Positions 38,672 through 48,530 of a stretch of 64,000 nt of DNA are shown here, one piece after another (position 1 is the stretch's first letter; the number at the start of each line of letters is the position of its first letter). The notes below the pieces were generated by a model. It searched no databases. It was not told the DNA's origin and saw only the letters and a program-made list of their open reading frames with translations. Source of the stretch: an uncultured bacterium (GTDB taxonomy: Bacteria; Krumholzibacteriota; Krumholzibacteriia; LZORAL124-64-63); the NCBI GenBank assembly GCA_963732385.1, contig CAVSZB010000007.1, positions 96,001-160,000 of the forward strand, written 5' to 3'. The position numbers and the translations under genes were made by a program.

Positions 38672-39861
38672 CGAGGATCCTGCGCCGCTGGTCCGGTCGG
38701 CTGGAGGAGTACGACGGCTGGCTGCTCTGGGCCGTGTTCGTGCTTTGTCTGCTCGGCACGGTGATGGTCTACGAGGCGGGCAGCTTCCGGCCCGAAGCGC
38801 GGGGGCACGCCGACTACCTGTTGCGTCACCTCACGCGGCTGGCCCTCGGTCTGGCCGCGCTGTTCGTGCTGGCCGGCCGCGATGACCGCGACCTGCGCCG
38901 ACCGCTCGTGAACTGGGGACTGCTCGGCGGGGCGCTGGCGCTGATGGCCTTCACGGTCGTGATGGGGCTCGGTTCCTCGCGCGCCGGCTGCGCCCGCTGG
39001 CTGTCTTTCCTGCCGGTGCAGCCGATCGAACTGGCCAAGGTGGCCCTGGCGATCTTCCTGGCCGAGCGCCTGGCCGACCCCTCCCGCCGCTGGGCCTTTG
39101 ACCGCGAACTGGCCCGACTGTTGGCGGCGCCGGCGGCCCTGGTCGTGATTCTGGCCCTGCAGCCGAACTTCGGCAATGCCCTGGTGATCTGCCTGTTCAC
39201 GCTCGTCATGCTGTACGCGGGCGGCATGCCGCTGCGGATGTTCGGGCTGATGCTCGGCCCGCTCGGCGGGTTGGCCCTGCTCGGGGTGCTGTTCGTGCCG
39301 AAGATCACCTTCCGCGTCAGTTCGTGGTGGGCCGGGCTGACCGGCGACGGGGCCGGCTACCAGGTTCACCAGTCGCTGATCGGACTGGGCGCCGGTGGCT
39401 GGCACGGCTTCGGTTTCGGCGGCAGCCATCAGCGTTTCTGGTTCCTGCCCGAGTCGCACACCGACTTCATCTTCTCCGTGGTGGGGGAGGAACTGGGGCT
39501 CATCGGGGCGGCCCTGACGTTGGCGCTGCTCGTGATCGTGGCTCTGCGCGGGTACGGCATCGCGAGGCGGGCCCCTGACCGCTTCGGGCGGTTCACCGCG
39601 GCCGGCCTGACCACGCTGTTGTTCCTGTACGCCTTCCTGAACATGGCCATGGTGACCGGCGTGGTGCCGGTGATGGGGTTGCCGCTGCCGTTCGTAAGCT
39701 ATGGCGGTTCCGCCCTGGTGACGAACCTGGCCGCGGTGGGCCTTTTGCTGGCCATCGACCGCCGCGCGCGCGCCGCACGGGCGGCGGCGCCGCGGCAGGC
39801 GCGCCTGTGGGAGACAGCCGGGGAGGGGAGCGCGCGTGTCTGGTCGCGGGCACAGAGCTGA
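38668..39861 (+). CDS. ftsW: SEDS peptidoglycan polymerase FtsW
   Basis: ARW, QPIELAK, QPNFG, LPESHTDFIF.VVGEELG, LPFVSYGGS. Confidence 0.95.
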   Translation: MTRILRRWSGRLEEYDGWLLWAVFVLCLLGTVMVYEAGSFRPEARGHADYLLRHLTRLALGLAALFVLAGRDDRDLRRPLVNWGLLGGALALMAFTVVMGLGSSRAGCARWLSFLPVQPIELAKVALAIFLAERLADPSRRWAFDRELARLLAAPAALVVILALQPNFGNALVICLFTLVMLYAGGMPLRMFGLMLGPLGGLALLGVLFVPKITFRVSSWWAGLTGDGAGYQVHQSLIGLGAGGWHGFGFGGSHQRFWFLPESHTDFIFSVVGEELGLIGAALTLALLVIVALRGYGIARRAPDRFGRFTAAGLTTLLFLYAFLNMAMVTGVVPVMGLPLPFVSYGGSALVTNLAAVGLLLAIDRRARAARAAAPRQARLWETAGEGSARVWSRAQS

Positions 39862-40969
39862 CGGCGGCCGTCCGGTCCGCCTCCTGATCGCGGGGGGCGG
39901 CACGGGCGGACACGTCTATCCGGGCCTGGCAGTGGCGGAGGCGGTGCGCCTGCTCTGCCCCGCGGCGGAAGTGCGCTTCTGCGGGACCCGCCAGGGGCTC
40001 GAGGCCACGGTCGTGCCGGCGGCCGGCTGGCGTCTGCACACGGTTCCCGCCTCCGGGATGCGCGGGCTCGGCCCGGTCGCGCGCGGGCGGTTCCTGGTGA
40101 ACCTCGTGGCCGGCGATCTGGCGGCGCTGGCGCTGCTGCTGCGGTGGCGTCCCGACGCTGTGCTCGGCACCGGCGGCTACGCAAGCGCGCCGGCGCTGTT
40201 GGCGGCGCGCTCGCTCGGAGTGCCGGTGGCGCTGCAGGAGCAGAACGCCGTGCCCGGCTCCGCGAACCGACTGCTCGCGCGCTTTGCGAACCGGATCTAT
40301 CTCGGCACCGCGGCGGCGGCCGAACGGTTCCCGGGGCGCGACTGCCTCGTCACGGGCAATCCGGTGCGCGCCGCCTTCAGCGCGGCGGCGGTCGGGCCGG
40401 CCGGGGCGCCCGACGTCCTGAACGTGCTGATGTTCGGTGGCAGTCGCGGCGCGCGCACGCTCAACCGCGCCGCGCGCGAACTGGCGGTGCTCTGGCGCGG
40501 GCGTGAGGACATCGCGCTCCTGGTGCAGACCGGCCCCGCCGGGCGCGACGAGGTCGCGGCTGCCTTCGCCGGCTGGGCGCCGGAGCGGGCGCGGGTCGTG
40601 GCCTACATCGATGACATGGCGTCCGCGCTGGCCGGGGCCGATCTGGCGGTCTGCCGCGCCGGGGCCATGACGCTGGCCGAGCTGGCGGTGGCCGGGAGGC
40701 CGGCCGTGCTGGTACCGTTTCCGCATGCCACGGACGATCATCAGTGGCACAATGCGCAGGATGTGGCGGTCGGCGGGGCCGCCGTGGTCGTGCGCGACGA
40801 GACCTGCGACGGAGCGACGCTCGCCGCGATCATGAGCGAACTGGGCCGCGATCGGTCACGGCTGGCGGCCATGGCGCGCGCGAGCGCGGAGCGGGCACGG
40901 CCCGACGCCGCGCGGCGCATCGCGAGCGACCTGTTGCGGCTGGCCGGATGCGCCATGCCCGGCGCGTAG
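39836..40969 (+). CDS. murG: Lipid II GlcNAc transferase MurG
   Basis: GGGTGGHVYPG, GGY.S, EQNAVPG.ANR, GNPVR, GGSRGA, HQ..NA. Confidence 0.96.
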   Translation: MSGRGHRADGGRPVRLLIAGGGTGGHVYPGLAVAEAVRLLCPAAEVRFCGTRQGLEATVVPAAGWRLHTVPASGMRGLGPVARGRFLVNLVAGDLAALALLLRWRPDAVLGTGGYASAPALLAARSLGVPVALQEQNAVPGSANRLLARFANRIYLGTAAAAERFPGRDCLVTGNPVRAAFSAAAVGPAGAPDVLNVLMFGGSRGARTLNRAARELAVLWRGREDIALLVQTGPAGRDEVAAAFAGWAPERARVVAYIDDMASALAGADLAVCRAGAMTLAELAVAGRPAVLVPFPHATDDHQWHNAQDVAVGGAAVVVRDETCDGATLAAIMSELGRDRSRLAAMARASAERARPDAARRIASDLLRLAGCAMPGA

Positions 40970-40981
40970 GAGGAGGACAGC

Positions 40982-42364
40982 GTGTTCCGGAACACCCGGC
41001 ACATCCACATGGTCGCGATCGGCGGGGTGGGGATGAGCGGCATCGCCGAGATCCTGCTCAACCTCGGTTTTCGCGTCAGCGGCAGCGACCTGCGCCTGTC
41101 GCCCGCGACGGAACGGCTGGCGCGGCTCGGGGCGACGATCCACATCGGTCATCGGCCGGAGCAGATCATCGGCGCCGACGTCGTCGTCTACTCGTCCGCC
41201 GTCACGGCTGCCAATCCGGAAATCGTCGAGGCCCGTCGCAGGCGCGTCCCGGTCGTGCGGCGCGCCGACATGCTGGCCGAGTTGATGCGCCTGAAGTACG
41301 GGATCGCGATCGCCGGCTCCCACGGCAAGACCACCACCACTTCCCTGGTGGCTGCCGTGCTTGCCGAGGGGTCGCTCGATCCGACCGTGCTGGTGGGCGG
41401 CCGGGCGCTGGCCACGGGTCGCAACGCCGTGCTGGGCAGCGGCGAGTATCTCGTCGCCGAGGCTGATGAGAGCGACGGCACGTTCCTCCGTCTGACGCCG
41501 ACCATTGCCGTCGTGACCAACATCGATCTCGAGCACGTCGATCACTACCCCGATCTCCCCGCGCTGCGCGCGGCGTTCGCGGAGTTCCTGGCCCGGGTGC
41601 CGTTCTACGGTACCTGCGTGCTCTGTCTGGACGACCCGGAGGTGCGCGGCCTGGTGGCGCGTCTCGATCGCAAGGTGATCACCTACGGGCTGTCCGCCGA
41701 GGCGCAGGTGCGGGCCGTTCCGGCCGCGTCCACTCCCGACGGTCCCGCGGTCGCTACGGTCTTCGCCCACGGCTGCGAACTGGGGCCGATCGAGTTGCGA
41801 CTGCGCGGGCGGCACAACCTGGTCAACGCGCTGGCGGCGGTGGCGGTCGGGATGGAACTGGGCGTCTCCTTCGGGCAGATCGCCGCCGGACTGGCCCGGT
41901 TCGCCGGCGTGGACCGGCGCTTCGAGGAGCGCGGGGAGCACGGCGGTGTGCGCGTGGTAGACGATTACGGTCACCACCCCACCGAGATCGGCGCCACGCT
42001 GCAGGTGGCGTGCGATACCGGTCGGCGGGTGGCCGTGCTGTTCCAGCCGCATCGCTACACGCGCACGGCGCGTTTCCGGCACGAATTCGCCGATGCTCTC
42101 GCCGTGGCCGACACGGTCGCTCTGCTGCCGGTCTACGCCGCCAGCGAGGAGCCGCAGCCTGGCGTGGACAGCGGGCTGATCGTGAGCGGGCTGCGGGACA
42201 AGGGCCTGACCGACGCTGTGCAGGTGGAGGATCTGGACGAAGTGCGGTCGTGGCTTGACGCCGCGGTACGGCCCGGCGATTTGCTGCTGACGCTCGGCGC
42301 GGGCGATATCGGACGCCTGGTCGACCCGATCTGCGGCCATCTGGATACGAGGAGACTGCCATGA
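40982..42364 (+). CDS. murC: UDP-MurNAc:L-Ala ligase MurC
   Basis: IGGVGMSGIA, GSHGKTTTTS, EADESDG, DDYGHHPTEI, FQPHRYTRT. Confidence 0.97.
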   Translation: MFRNTRHIHMVAIGGVGMSGIAEILLNLGFRVSGSDLRLSPATERLARLGATIHIGHRPEQIIGADVVVYSSAVTAANPEIVEARRRRVPVVRRADMLAELMRLKYGIAIAGSHGKTTTTSLVAAVLAEGSLDPTVLVGGRALATGRNAVLGSGEYLVAEADESDGTFLRLTPTIAVVTNIDLEHVDHYPDLPALRAAFAEFLARVPFYGTCVLCLDDPEVRGLVARLDRKVITYGLSAEAQVRAVPAASTPDGPAVATVFAHGCELGPIELRLRGRHNLVNALAAVAVGMELGVSFGQIAAGLARFAGVDRRFEERGEHGGVRVVDDYGHHPTEIGATLQVACDTGRRVAVLFQPHRYTRTARFRHEFADALAVADTVALLPVYAASEEPQPGVDSGLIVSGLRDKGLTDAVQVEDLDEVRSWLDAAVRPGDLLLTLGAGDIGRLVDPICGHLDTRRLP

Positions 42365-43308
42365 GCTGCAACCCGCTCACCCCGGGAGAGCGCGGCCCGG
42401 CTGCCGGTTCCGCGTTGGCGTCGACGCGACGGGGACGCCGGCCGCGCCGCCGGCTGCTCTGGCTGCTGTCGCTGGCGTTCATTGCCGTGGCGGGAGTGCT
42501 CGGGGGGGCCCGCTGGCTGCTGACGGCCGAGCGGTTCGCGGTTGTGCGGATCGAGACCGGCCCCTATCGCTTCAGTGATCCGGCCCGGCTCGAGGCGCAA
42601 CTGGGCACCGCACTCGGCAGCAACATCTGGACCGGCGCCGGCGCGCGCCGGCTGTTGGTCGATCTGCCCGCTCTGCCGTGGGTGCGCCGGGCCCGCGTGG
42701 CGCGAGAACTGCCCGGCACGCTGCGTGTCGAGATCGAGGAGTGGCGTCCGCTGCTGGAGGTGGCGCCCGATTCAAGCGTCGGCGCGGGGCCAGGCGAATT
42801 TGTCCTGCTTGCCGATGGGCGCGTGGAGCCGTTCCCCGGCCATCTTCCGCGGCCCGATCTGCCGCTGCTGGTCGGCGCGCGGTTGCAGACGCGGCCCGAC
42901 GGCGGCTGGCGGCTCGTGCCGGGCCAGGCCGACAGCGTGCTCGCGCTCGCGGCGGCCGTGGCCGAGACCGGGATTGAGGGGTGTGCGCCGGTGGATTTCA
43001 TTCTGACCGGCGACGAGGGGCTGAGCCTGGTGCTGCAGGGGGGGCGGGCCCGCCTCCTGGTCGGTGGCGAGGACTATGCCGGTCGCCTGCGCCGGTTCCT
43101 CGCGCTGCGCAACCGACTGTCGGATGGCGCCGTGGTCGACCTCCGGTTCGAACGGCGACTTTTCGTGGATGACCAGAACACTGCCGAACCGTTGCCTGCG
43201 GGCGACGGCGCCGGAGCAGCAGAGGAATCGGCGGTCCGGCGCGGCCGGGCCACGGTCGCGGCGCCTGCGGGCCGCGCCGCACGCGCACGCGCCCGAGCGC
43301 GCGTCTAG
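42361..43308 (+). CDS. ftsQ: Cell division protein FtsQ/DivIB
   Basis: Single TM, POTRA-like PWVRRARVARELPGTLRVEIEE, C-terminal VDLRF; lies before ftsA. Confidence 0.85.
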   Translation: MSCNPLTPGERGPAAGSALASTRRGRRPRRRLLWLLSLAFIAVAGVLGGARWLLTAERFAVVRIETGPYRFSDPARLEAQLGTALGSNIWTGAGARRLLVDLPALPWVRRARVARELPGTLRVEIEEWRPLLEVAPDSSVGAGPGEFVLLADGRVEPFPGHLPRPDLPLLVGARLQTRPDGGWRLVPGQADSVLALAAAVAETGIEGCAPVDFILTGDEGLSLVLQGGRARLLVGGEDYAGRLRRFLALRNRLSDGAVVDLRFERRLFVDDQNTAEPLPAGDGAGAAEESAVRRGRATVAAPAGRAARARARARV

Positions 43309-43329
43309 ACGACCGGGAAGGAGCCTCGG

Positions 43330-44592
43330 ATGAGCAACGGACAACTGCTGGTCGCCTGCGACTTCGGAACCTCCAATTTCCGTACGCTGGTCAGCACGGT
43401 GGGCGCGGACGGGCGCGTCGAGGTGCTCGGCGCGGCCTGCGTGGCGGCTGCCGGTTTCCGCGACGGCGATTTCGTCGATCTGCAGGCCGGGAGCCACGCG
43501 ATCGAACGGGCGGTGGGGGCGGCCGAGGCGGAAGCCGACGTCGACATCGCCGCTTTCTTCTACAACATCGCCGGCAGTCACCTGCGATCCTTCTCGGCGC
43601 GGGGACAGATCCAGCTCGGGCCGGTCCCGCGCGCCATCACCGCGGTCGACATGGACTCCGCGCTGAACCGTGCGCGCACCCTGGAGATCCCATTCGACCA
43701 GTGCATCCTCGCCGCCAACCCGGTCGATTGGGCGGTGGACCGGGTCCACGGCATCGTCGATCCGCGCGGCCGGCTTGGCAGCCAGCTCCAGGTCGATGCC
43801 CACCTCGTGACCGCCTCCGGAACCGTCGTGCGCAACGTGGAGCACGCCATCAAGACGGCCGGCTATGAGGTCGCCGGCCGTGCAGTGGACAGCCTGGCCA
43901 CGGCCGAGGCTCTGCTGCAGACGCAGGAGCTCGATGAGGGGGTTTTGCTGATCGATGTCGGGGGACGTTCCACGCAGTGGGCGCTCTTCCGCGGCGGACG
44001 GCTGGCCGGCAACGGCGCCGTGCCGTGGGGCGGCGCCCATCTGACCGCCGACCTCGCGCATGGCCTGCGCGTCGGCCTCCAGGAGGCGGAGCAGGTGAAG
44101 AGGCAGTGCGGCGTCGTGCTGCGTAGTCTCGTGGATGAAGCCGACCCTTTGGCGCTGTTCGAGGAGGAGCGCCCGGCTCCGTCGCCCGGCCTGCTCGCCG
44201 CGATCCTCGAACCGCGTCTCGAGGAGATATTCGCGCTGGTGAAGAACGATCTGCGCGACCCGGGTCTGCTTTCCGGGCTGGGTCGCGGCGTGGTGCTGAC
44301 CGGCGGCGGCAGTCGTTGCCGCGGCGCCGCCGCGCTCTGCGAGGAGGTGTTCGGGCTGCCGGCCGTCTGTCGCTATCTGCCGCCGGGAATGGCAGGGAAC
44401 GAGCGGCTGGGCGACGGCCAGTGGGCCACCGCGCTCGGCCTGACCCTCTGGGCGATGCGCGGCGAGGTGCAGACCCGGGCAGCCGTTGCGTCGGCGGGCG
44501 GCGGGGAGACGTCGGTCCCCCTCTGGCACCGGATGCGCAGCCGGCTGGGACGGGCCTCCCGGCCCGGGGGGGGGGCGGCGCCGGGGCGTTGA
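43330..44592 (+). CDS. ftsA: Cell division protein FtsA
   Basis: DFGTS, IAGSH, LIDVGG, GG..LT.DL, VVLTGGGS, ATALGL, C-terminal amphipathic helix. Confidence 0.92.
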   Translation: MSNGQLLVACDFGTSNFRTLVSTVGADGRVEVLGAACVAAAGFRDGDFVDLQAGSHAIERAVGAAEAEADVDIAAFFYNIAGSHLRSFSARGQIQLGPVPRAITAVDMDSALNRARTLEIPFDQCILAANPVDWAVDRVHGIVDPRGRLGSQLQVDAHLVTASGTVVRNVEHAIKTAGYEVAGRAVDSLATAEALLQTQELDEGVLLIDVGGRSTQWALFRGGRLAGNGAVPWGGAHLTADLAHGLRVGLQEAEQVKRQCGVVLRSLVDEADPLALFEEERPAPSPGLLAAILEPRLEEIFALVKNDLRDPGLLSGLGRGVVLTGGGSRCRGAAALCEEVFGLPAVCRYLPPGMAGNERLGDGQWATALGLTLWAMRGEVQTRAAVASAGGGETSVPLWHRMRSRLGRASRPGGGAAPGR

Positions 44593-44719
44593 ACGCGACG
44601 GTGCGCGTGAAAAAGGTATTGGACGGAACCTTCGCCATGTGCTAATTATCGCCCCGTCACGGATGGCGGCCCGCCTGAGGATCGCGTGCACCCGGCTCAT
44701 GGATGAGGGGGCGATCATC

Positions 44720-46264
44720 ATGTTCGAGTTCGTTGAAGATGTCGATCAGGTAGCCCGGATCAAGGTCGTTGGGGTTGGCGGGGCGGGCGGCAATGCCGTC
44801 AACCGCATGGTCGAGGCGGGGCTCACCGGGGTCGAATTCCTGGCCGTCAATACTGATGCCCAGGCCCTGCGCCAGTCGCTCGCCCATCAGACCCTGCAGA
44901 TTGGCACGCAGATCACGCGCGGGCTCGGCTCCGGCGGAGATCCGGTCATCGGTCGCAAGGCGGTCGAGGAGGACGAGGCGGCGCTGACCGACGCTCTCCA
45001 CGGTTGCGACATGGTGTTCGTCACCGCCGGCATGGGCGGCGGCACCGGCACCGGCGCCGCGCCGGTCGTGGCCCGCATCGCCCGCGAACTCGGCGCGCTC
45101 ACCGTGGCTGTCGTCACCAAGCCGTTCGGGTTCGAGGGCAGTGTCCGCATGGCGCAGGCGGAGGTGGGAACTTCCGAACTGCGGGACAACGTCGACACGC
45201 TGATCATGATCCCCAACCAGCGGCTGCTCGAGGTCATCCCTCCCACGACGACCTTCATCGAGGCGTTCCGGATCGCCGACAACGTGCTCTACGAAGCGAC
45301 CCGCGGCATCCATGAGATTATCGCCCGTCCCAACCTGGTCAATCTCGACTTCGCCGACGTCCGCTCAGTCATGAAGGGCATGGGTGTGGCCCTGATGGGG
45401 ACCGGTCGGGCGCGGGGCGAAAACCGGGCCGAGGAGGCTGCGCGCGCGGCGATCAGTTCGCCGCTGCTGGAGGATGTCGACATCCACGGCGCCCGCGCGG
45501 TGCTCGTCAATCTCACAAGCGCCGATCTCGGCATCGCCGAGGTGAGCCGCGCCATGAGCCTCGTGCAGGAGGCGGCCGGCGCTCAGGCGCACATCATGTT
45601 CGGCTATGGCATCGATGAGGCCCTCGGAGACGAACTGCAGGTCACGGTCGTGGCGACCGGTTTCACGGCGGGTCAGCCGCCGGTAGCGGAGTCCCCGGTG
45701 GTTGCGCGCGCCGCGGCGCGCGTCGAGGCAGCGCCGACGCCGGCTTCGGTGGCGTTTGCCCCGGCGCCAGACCTCCCCCCTGCTCCGAAGCCCGCCGTGC
45801 TGGCTGAGCCGGCCGCGCCGGCGCAAATTCCGGCTCCGGCCGTCGCCGCCACCGCTGTCGCGGCCGCGACCGTCGCTGCGACGCCGGCCGCGCAGCCCGC
45901 TCCTGACTCCTTCTTTATCACTTCGCCGGCGTCATCGCCGCCGCTGCGGCGGGCTGCGCCTGCGCCCGAACCGGCCCTCGCGTGGGAGGAAAAGGTCGCG
46001 CCGCCCGCCCCCCGGCATCTCGTCGCCGCGGCGGCCGCCGCCGGCAGCGACGATTTCCTGGTTGCCCGGCCTGCCGCTTCGGAACTGTCCGATCCGCTCC
46101 GACCGTTCCTGACGCCGCTTGATCCGGTGGCGCCGCTGGCAGCGACGGTCGGGACCGGTGGGGGCTCTTTCGGCGCGCCGGCCGCGCGGACTTCGTCCTT
46201 CCAGAGCGACGCGCTCATGGCCGACCTCAGCGAACCGGCCTACACGCGGAAGTACCTGGACTGA
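44720..46264 (+). CDS. ftsZ: Cell division protein FtsZ (long C-terminal linker)
   Basis: GVGGAGGNAVNRM, NTDAQAL, GMGGGTGTGAAP, NLDFADV, VVATGF; ends in EPAYTRKYLD. Confidence 0.97.
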   Translation: MFEFVEDVDQVARIKVVGVGGAGGNAVNRMVEAGLTGVEFLAVNTDAQALRQSLAHQTLQIGTQITRGLGSGGDPVIGRKAVEEDEAALTDALHGCDMVFVTAGMGGGTGTGAAPVVARIARELGALTVAVVTKPFGFEGSVRMAQAEVGTSELRDNVDTLIMIPNQRLLEVIPPTTTFIEAFRIADNVLYEATRGIHEIIARPNLVNLDFADVRSVMKGMGVALMGTGRARGENRAEEAARAAISSPLLEDVDIHGARAVLVNLTSADLGIAEVSRAMSLVQEAAGAQAHIMFGYGIDEALGDELQVTVVATGFTAGQPPVAESPVVARAAARVEAAPTPASVAFAPAPDLPPAPKPAVLAEPAAPAQIPAPAVAATAVAAATVAATPAAQPAPDSFFITSPASSPPLRRAAPAPEPALAWEEKVAPPAPRHLVAAAAAAGSDDFLVARPAASELSDPLRPFLTPLDPVAPLAATVGTGGGSFGAPAARTSSFQSDALMADLSEPAYTRKYLD

Positions 46265-46331
46265 GCCGGCGGTGGCGGCGACGCGCCGTCCCCGGCGCGC
46301 CGACCGCGGGCGCGAGGGCGGGAGCGGGACG

Positions 46332-47993
46332 ATGTCGCTGATCGGCAAACTGCTCGGGCGGCACGAAGACGATCCGTATGCCCGGGGGATCACCCTGTTC
46401 GATGCAGGGCGCTATGCCGAGGCCGCCGAAGCTCTGCGCGGCGCCGTCCAGAAGCGACGGCCCACAGCCGCCGGCAATCTGGCCGCCTTCTATCAACTGC
46501 AGGCTCTGACCCGTGAAGGACGGCGTCTGCTGCGGGCCGGTCAGGCGGCGGCGGCGAGTCCGTTTCTCGCCGAGGCGGTTGCCGGCTGGGACCGCTACCC
46601 CGATCTGCACGCTCTGCTCGGCCTGACGCAGGCCCAGGCGGGGCAGTGGCCCGAGGCGCTGCACTCCGCCACGGAAGCTCTCCGCCGCAACCCGGACTAC
46701 GTTGAAGCGCGGCTTCTGGAGGCTGCGGCGTTGCGACGTCTCGGTCGTTTGCGGGAGGCGGCGGCGAGCCTCGACAAGCTCGTAGAGTCGGGTCGCCGCG
46801 TCGATCACCCGCTGATCGCCTCGTTGTCACGCGCCGGCGGTTACGACGCCGACCACCTCCCCGACGATCTCGAGGCGCGGATCGAGCGTCTCGCGACCGG
46901 CCCGGAGCCGGGCAGCGAGGTGGCTACGGCGGTCGCGCTCTGTCGCGCCGGGCGCTGGAAGGAAGGAGTGGAGAATCTGCGCGCCCTCTGTGCGGCGCGA
47001 CCGGACTACCCCGATTATCGGCTCAAGCTCGGGGCGGCTCTCTACCAACTCGGCCGGAATGATGATGCTCTTGCGGAACTCGCGCACGCGCTCGCGGTCC
47101 AGCCGCATTACCACACGGCCGCCCATCTCATGGCGCTCGTTCTCGCGGACCAGGGACGGTTCTCATCCGCGCGCGAGGTTCTGGCGGCGCATCCACCGGC
47201 GGCCGGAAGCACGGCCGGCAATCCGCACGAGACGCTCTTTTCCGCCTACCTTTCCGCGGTGCTGGCGCTGCTTGGCGGCTGCCCCGGTGATGCGCTGGCC
47301 ATGCTGGCCGACTGGGAGGATCTGACGCTGACCTTCGCGCGCGGCGAACTGGTGCGGGCCGCCGCGGAGGATCTGCTGGGCCGTCCGGACGCTGCCGGCC
47401 GGCGGCTGGCTGCGCTGGCGACTGCCTGGCCCGGGGATGCCGCGTACCAGCATCTGCATGTGTGTCATCTGCTGCGCGCAGGCGATTTGGCGACCGCCGA
47501 GCGCGTGTTGTCCCGCTGGCCCTCCGCGGGCGAAGGGAACGCTGATATCCGTCCGCTTCTGCTCAACACCCACCTTACCCTGGCCCGCGATCGGGCAGTG
47601 CCGTCTCCACCGGCCGGCGTGGTGGAGGCGGGTGACCCGGCCTGGCGTTTTCTGGCGGTGCGGGCCTTCGCGCAAAGGGGGCAGTGGGCCGAGAGTCTCG
47701 CCGGAGCGTCGGTGCTATGGCGGGAGGGGTGGCGCACCGAGCGGGTGGCGCTGGTCCTGCTGGGCGCGGCGAACGCGGTTGGCGAGGCGCCCGCCGATCT
47801 GGTGACCGACCGCTGGGAGGTGCTGCCGGAATCGGTGCTGCCGCTGCTCTTGCCGCTGTGGAATCGGACCGGCCGCGCCGTCGAGGCGGACGCCATATGT
47901 GCGCGTCATCGCGAGCTTCACGGGGAGGACCTGCGCTGGACCTGGCTATGGCCTTCGTTCTGGCTGGAGCCGGTCCGCCGCTGGATCGGCTGA
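46332..47993 (+). CDS. Tetratricopeptide repeat protein
   Basis: Repeated TPR patterns (YPDLHALLG, PDY.EAR, PDYPDYRLKLGAALYQLGR..A); no signal peptide. Confidence 0.8.
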   Translation: MSLIGKLLGRHEDDPYARGITLFDAGRYAEAAEALRGAVQKRRPTAAGNLAAFYQLQALTREGRRLLRAGQAAAASPFLAEAVAGWDRYPDLHALLGLTQAQAGQWPEALHSATEALRRNPDYVEARLLEAAALRRLGRLREAAASLDKLVESGRRVDHPLIASLSRAGGYDADHLPDDLEARIERLATGPEPGSEVATAVALCRAGRWKEGVENLRALCAARPDYPDYRLKLGAALYQLGRNDDALAELAHALAVQPHYHTAAHLMALVLADQGRFSSAREVLAAHPPAAGSTAGNPHETLFSAYLSAVLALLGGCPGDALAMLADWEDLTLTFARGELVRAAAEDLLGRPDAAGRRLAALATAWPGDAAYQHLHVCHLLRAGDLATAERVLSRWPSAGEGNADIRPLLLNTHLTLARDRAVPSPPAGVVEAGDPAWRFLAVRAFAQRGQWAESLAGASVLWREGWRTERVALVLLGAANAVGEAPADLVTDRWEVLPESVLPLLLPLWNRTGRAVEADAICARHRELHGEDLRWTWLWPSFWLEPVRRWIG

Positions 47994-48017
47994 CGGGGGG
48001 ACGCGCCCCCCGGCCGT

Positions 48018-48410
48018 TCAACTGGTCGCGCCGGTTTTGGCGAGGCGGTTGATCATGGTGACAACGCGCTCGAGTTCATACGGCTTGCTGACGTAGGCGT
48101 CCGCGAGATATTGCTGGGTGCGCAGACGGTGTTTTTCATCCTCGGAGGCGGTCAGAATCAGGACCGGAAGATTCGCGGTGCGCCCGAGAGACCGGATCCG
48201 CTTGAGCAGTTCGAACCCGTCCATCACCGGCATCATCAGATCGAGCACGACACAGTCGGGCAGGGCCTCCTGCAGCGCGCGGAATCCCTCTGCGCCGTCC
48301 GCGGCCGTCCGCACGGCGAAGCCGCGCGTCTCCAGTTGCAGCGCGAGAATCCGTCGCACCGAGGGGTCATCTTCCACGAGCAGAACCTGGATCGCATCAT
48401 TCTCTGACAT
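48018..48410 (-). CDS. Single-domain response regulator (receiver)
   Basis: LLVEDD, LDLMMP.MDG, ILTAS, SKPY. Confidence 0.92.
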   Translation of the reverse strand: MSENDAIQVLLVEDDPSVRRILALQLETRGFAVRTAADGAEGFRALQEALPDCVVLDLMMPVMDGFELLKRIRSLGRTANLPVLILTASEDEKHRLRTQQYLADAYVSKPYELERVVTMINRLAKTGATS

Positions 48411-48530
48411 ATACGGTCACTCTCCTGGTCCACGGGCGATCACCGACCTGGAACCGCGGGCGTGGACGGATGTTCGCGTTGCTGTTATCGTCCGGGCAGC
48501 CAAGCGCTTGACCAGGAAGTGCAGAACAAG

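Noticed and set aside
44619..44648. Internal ftsZ promoter (TGGACG-N17-TAATTA)
   Set aside because: The -10 lacks the conserved final T; too weak to call.
47994..48012. G6/C6 hairpin between convergent genes as a terminator
   Set aside because: No U-tract on either strand.
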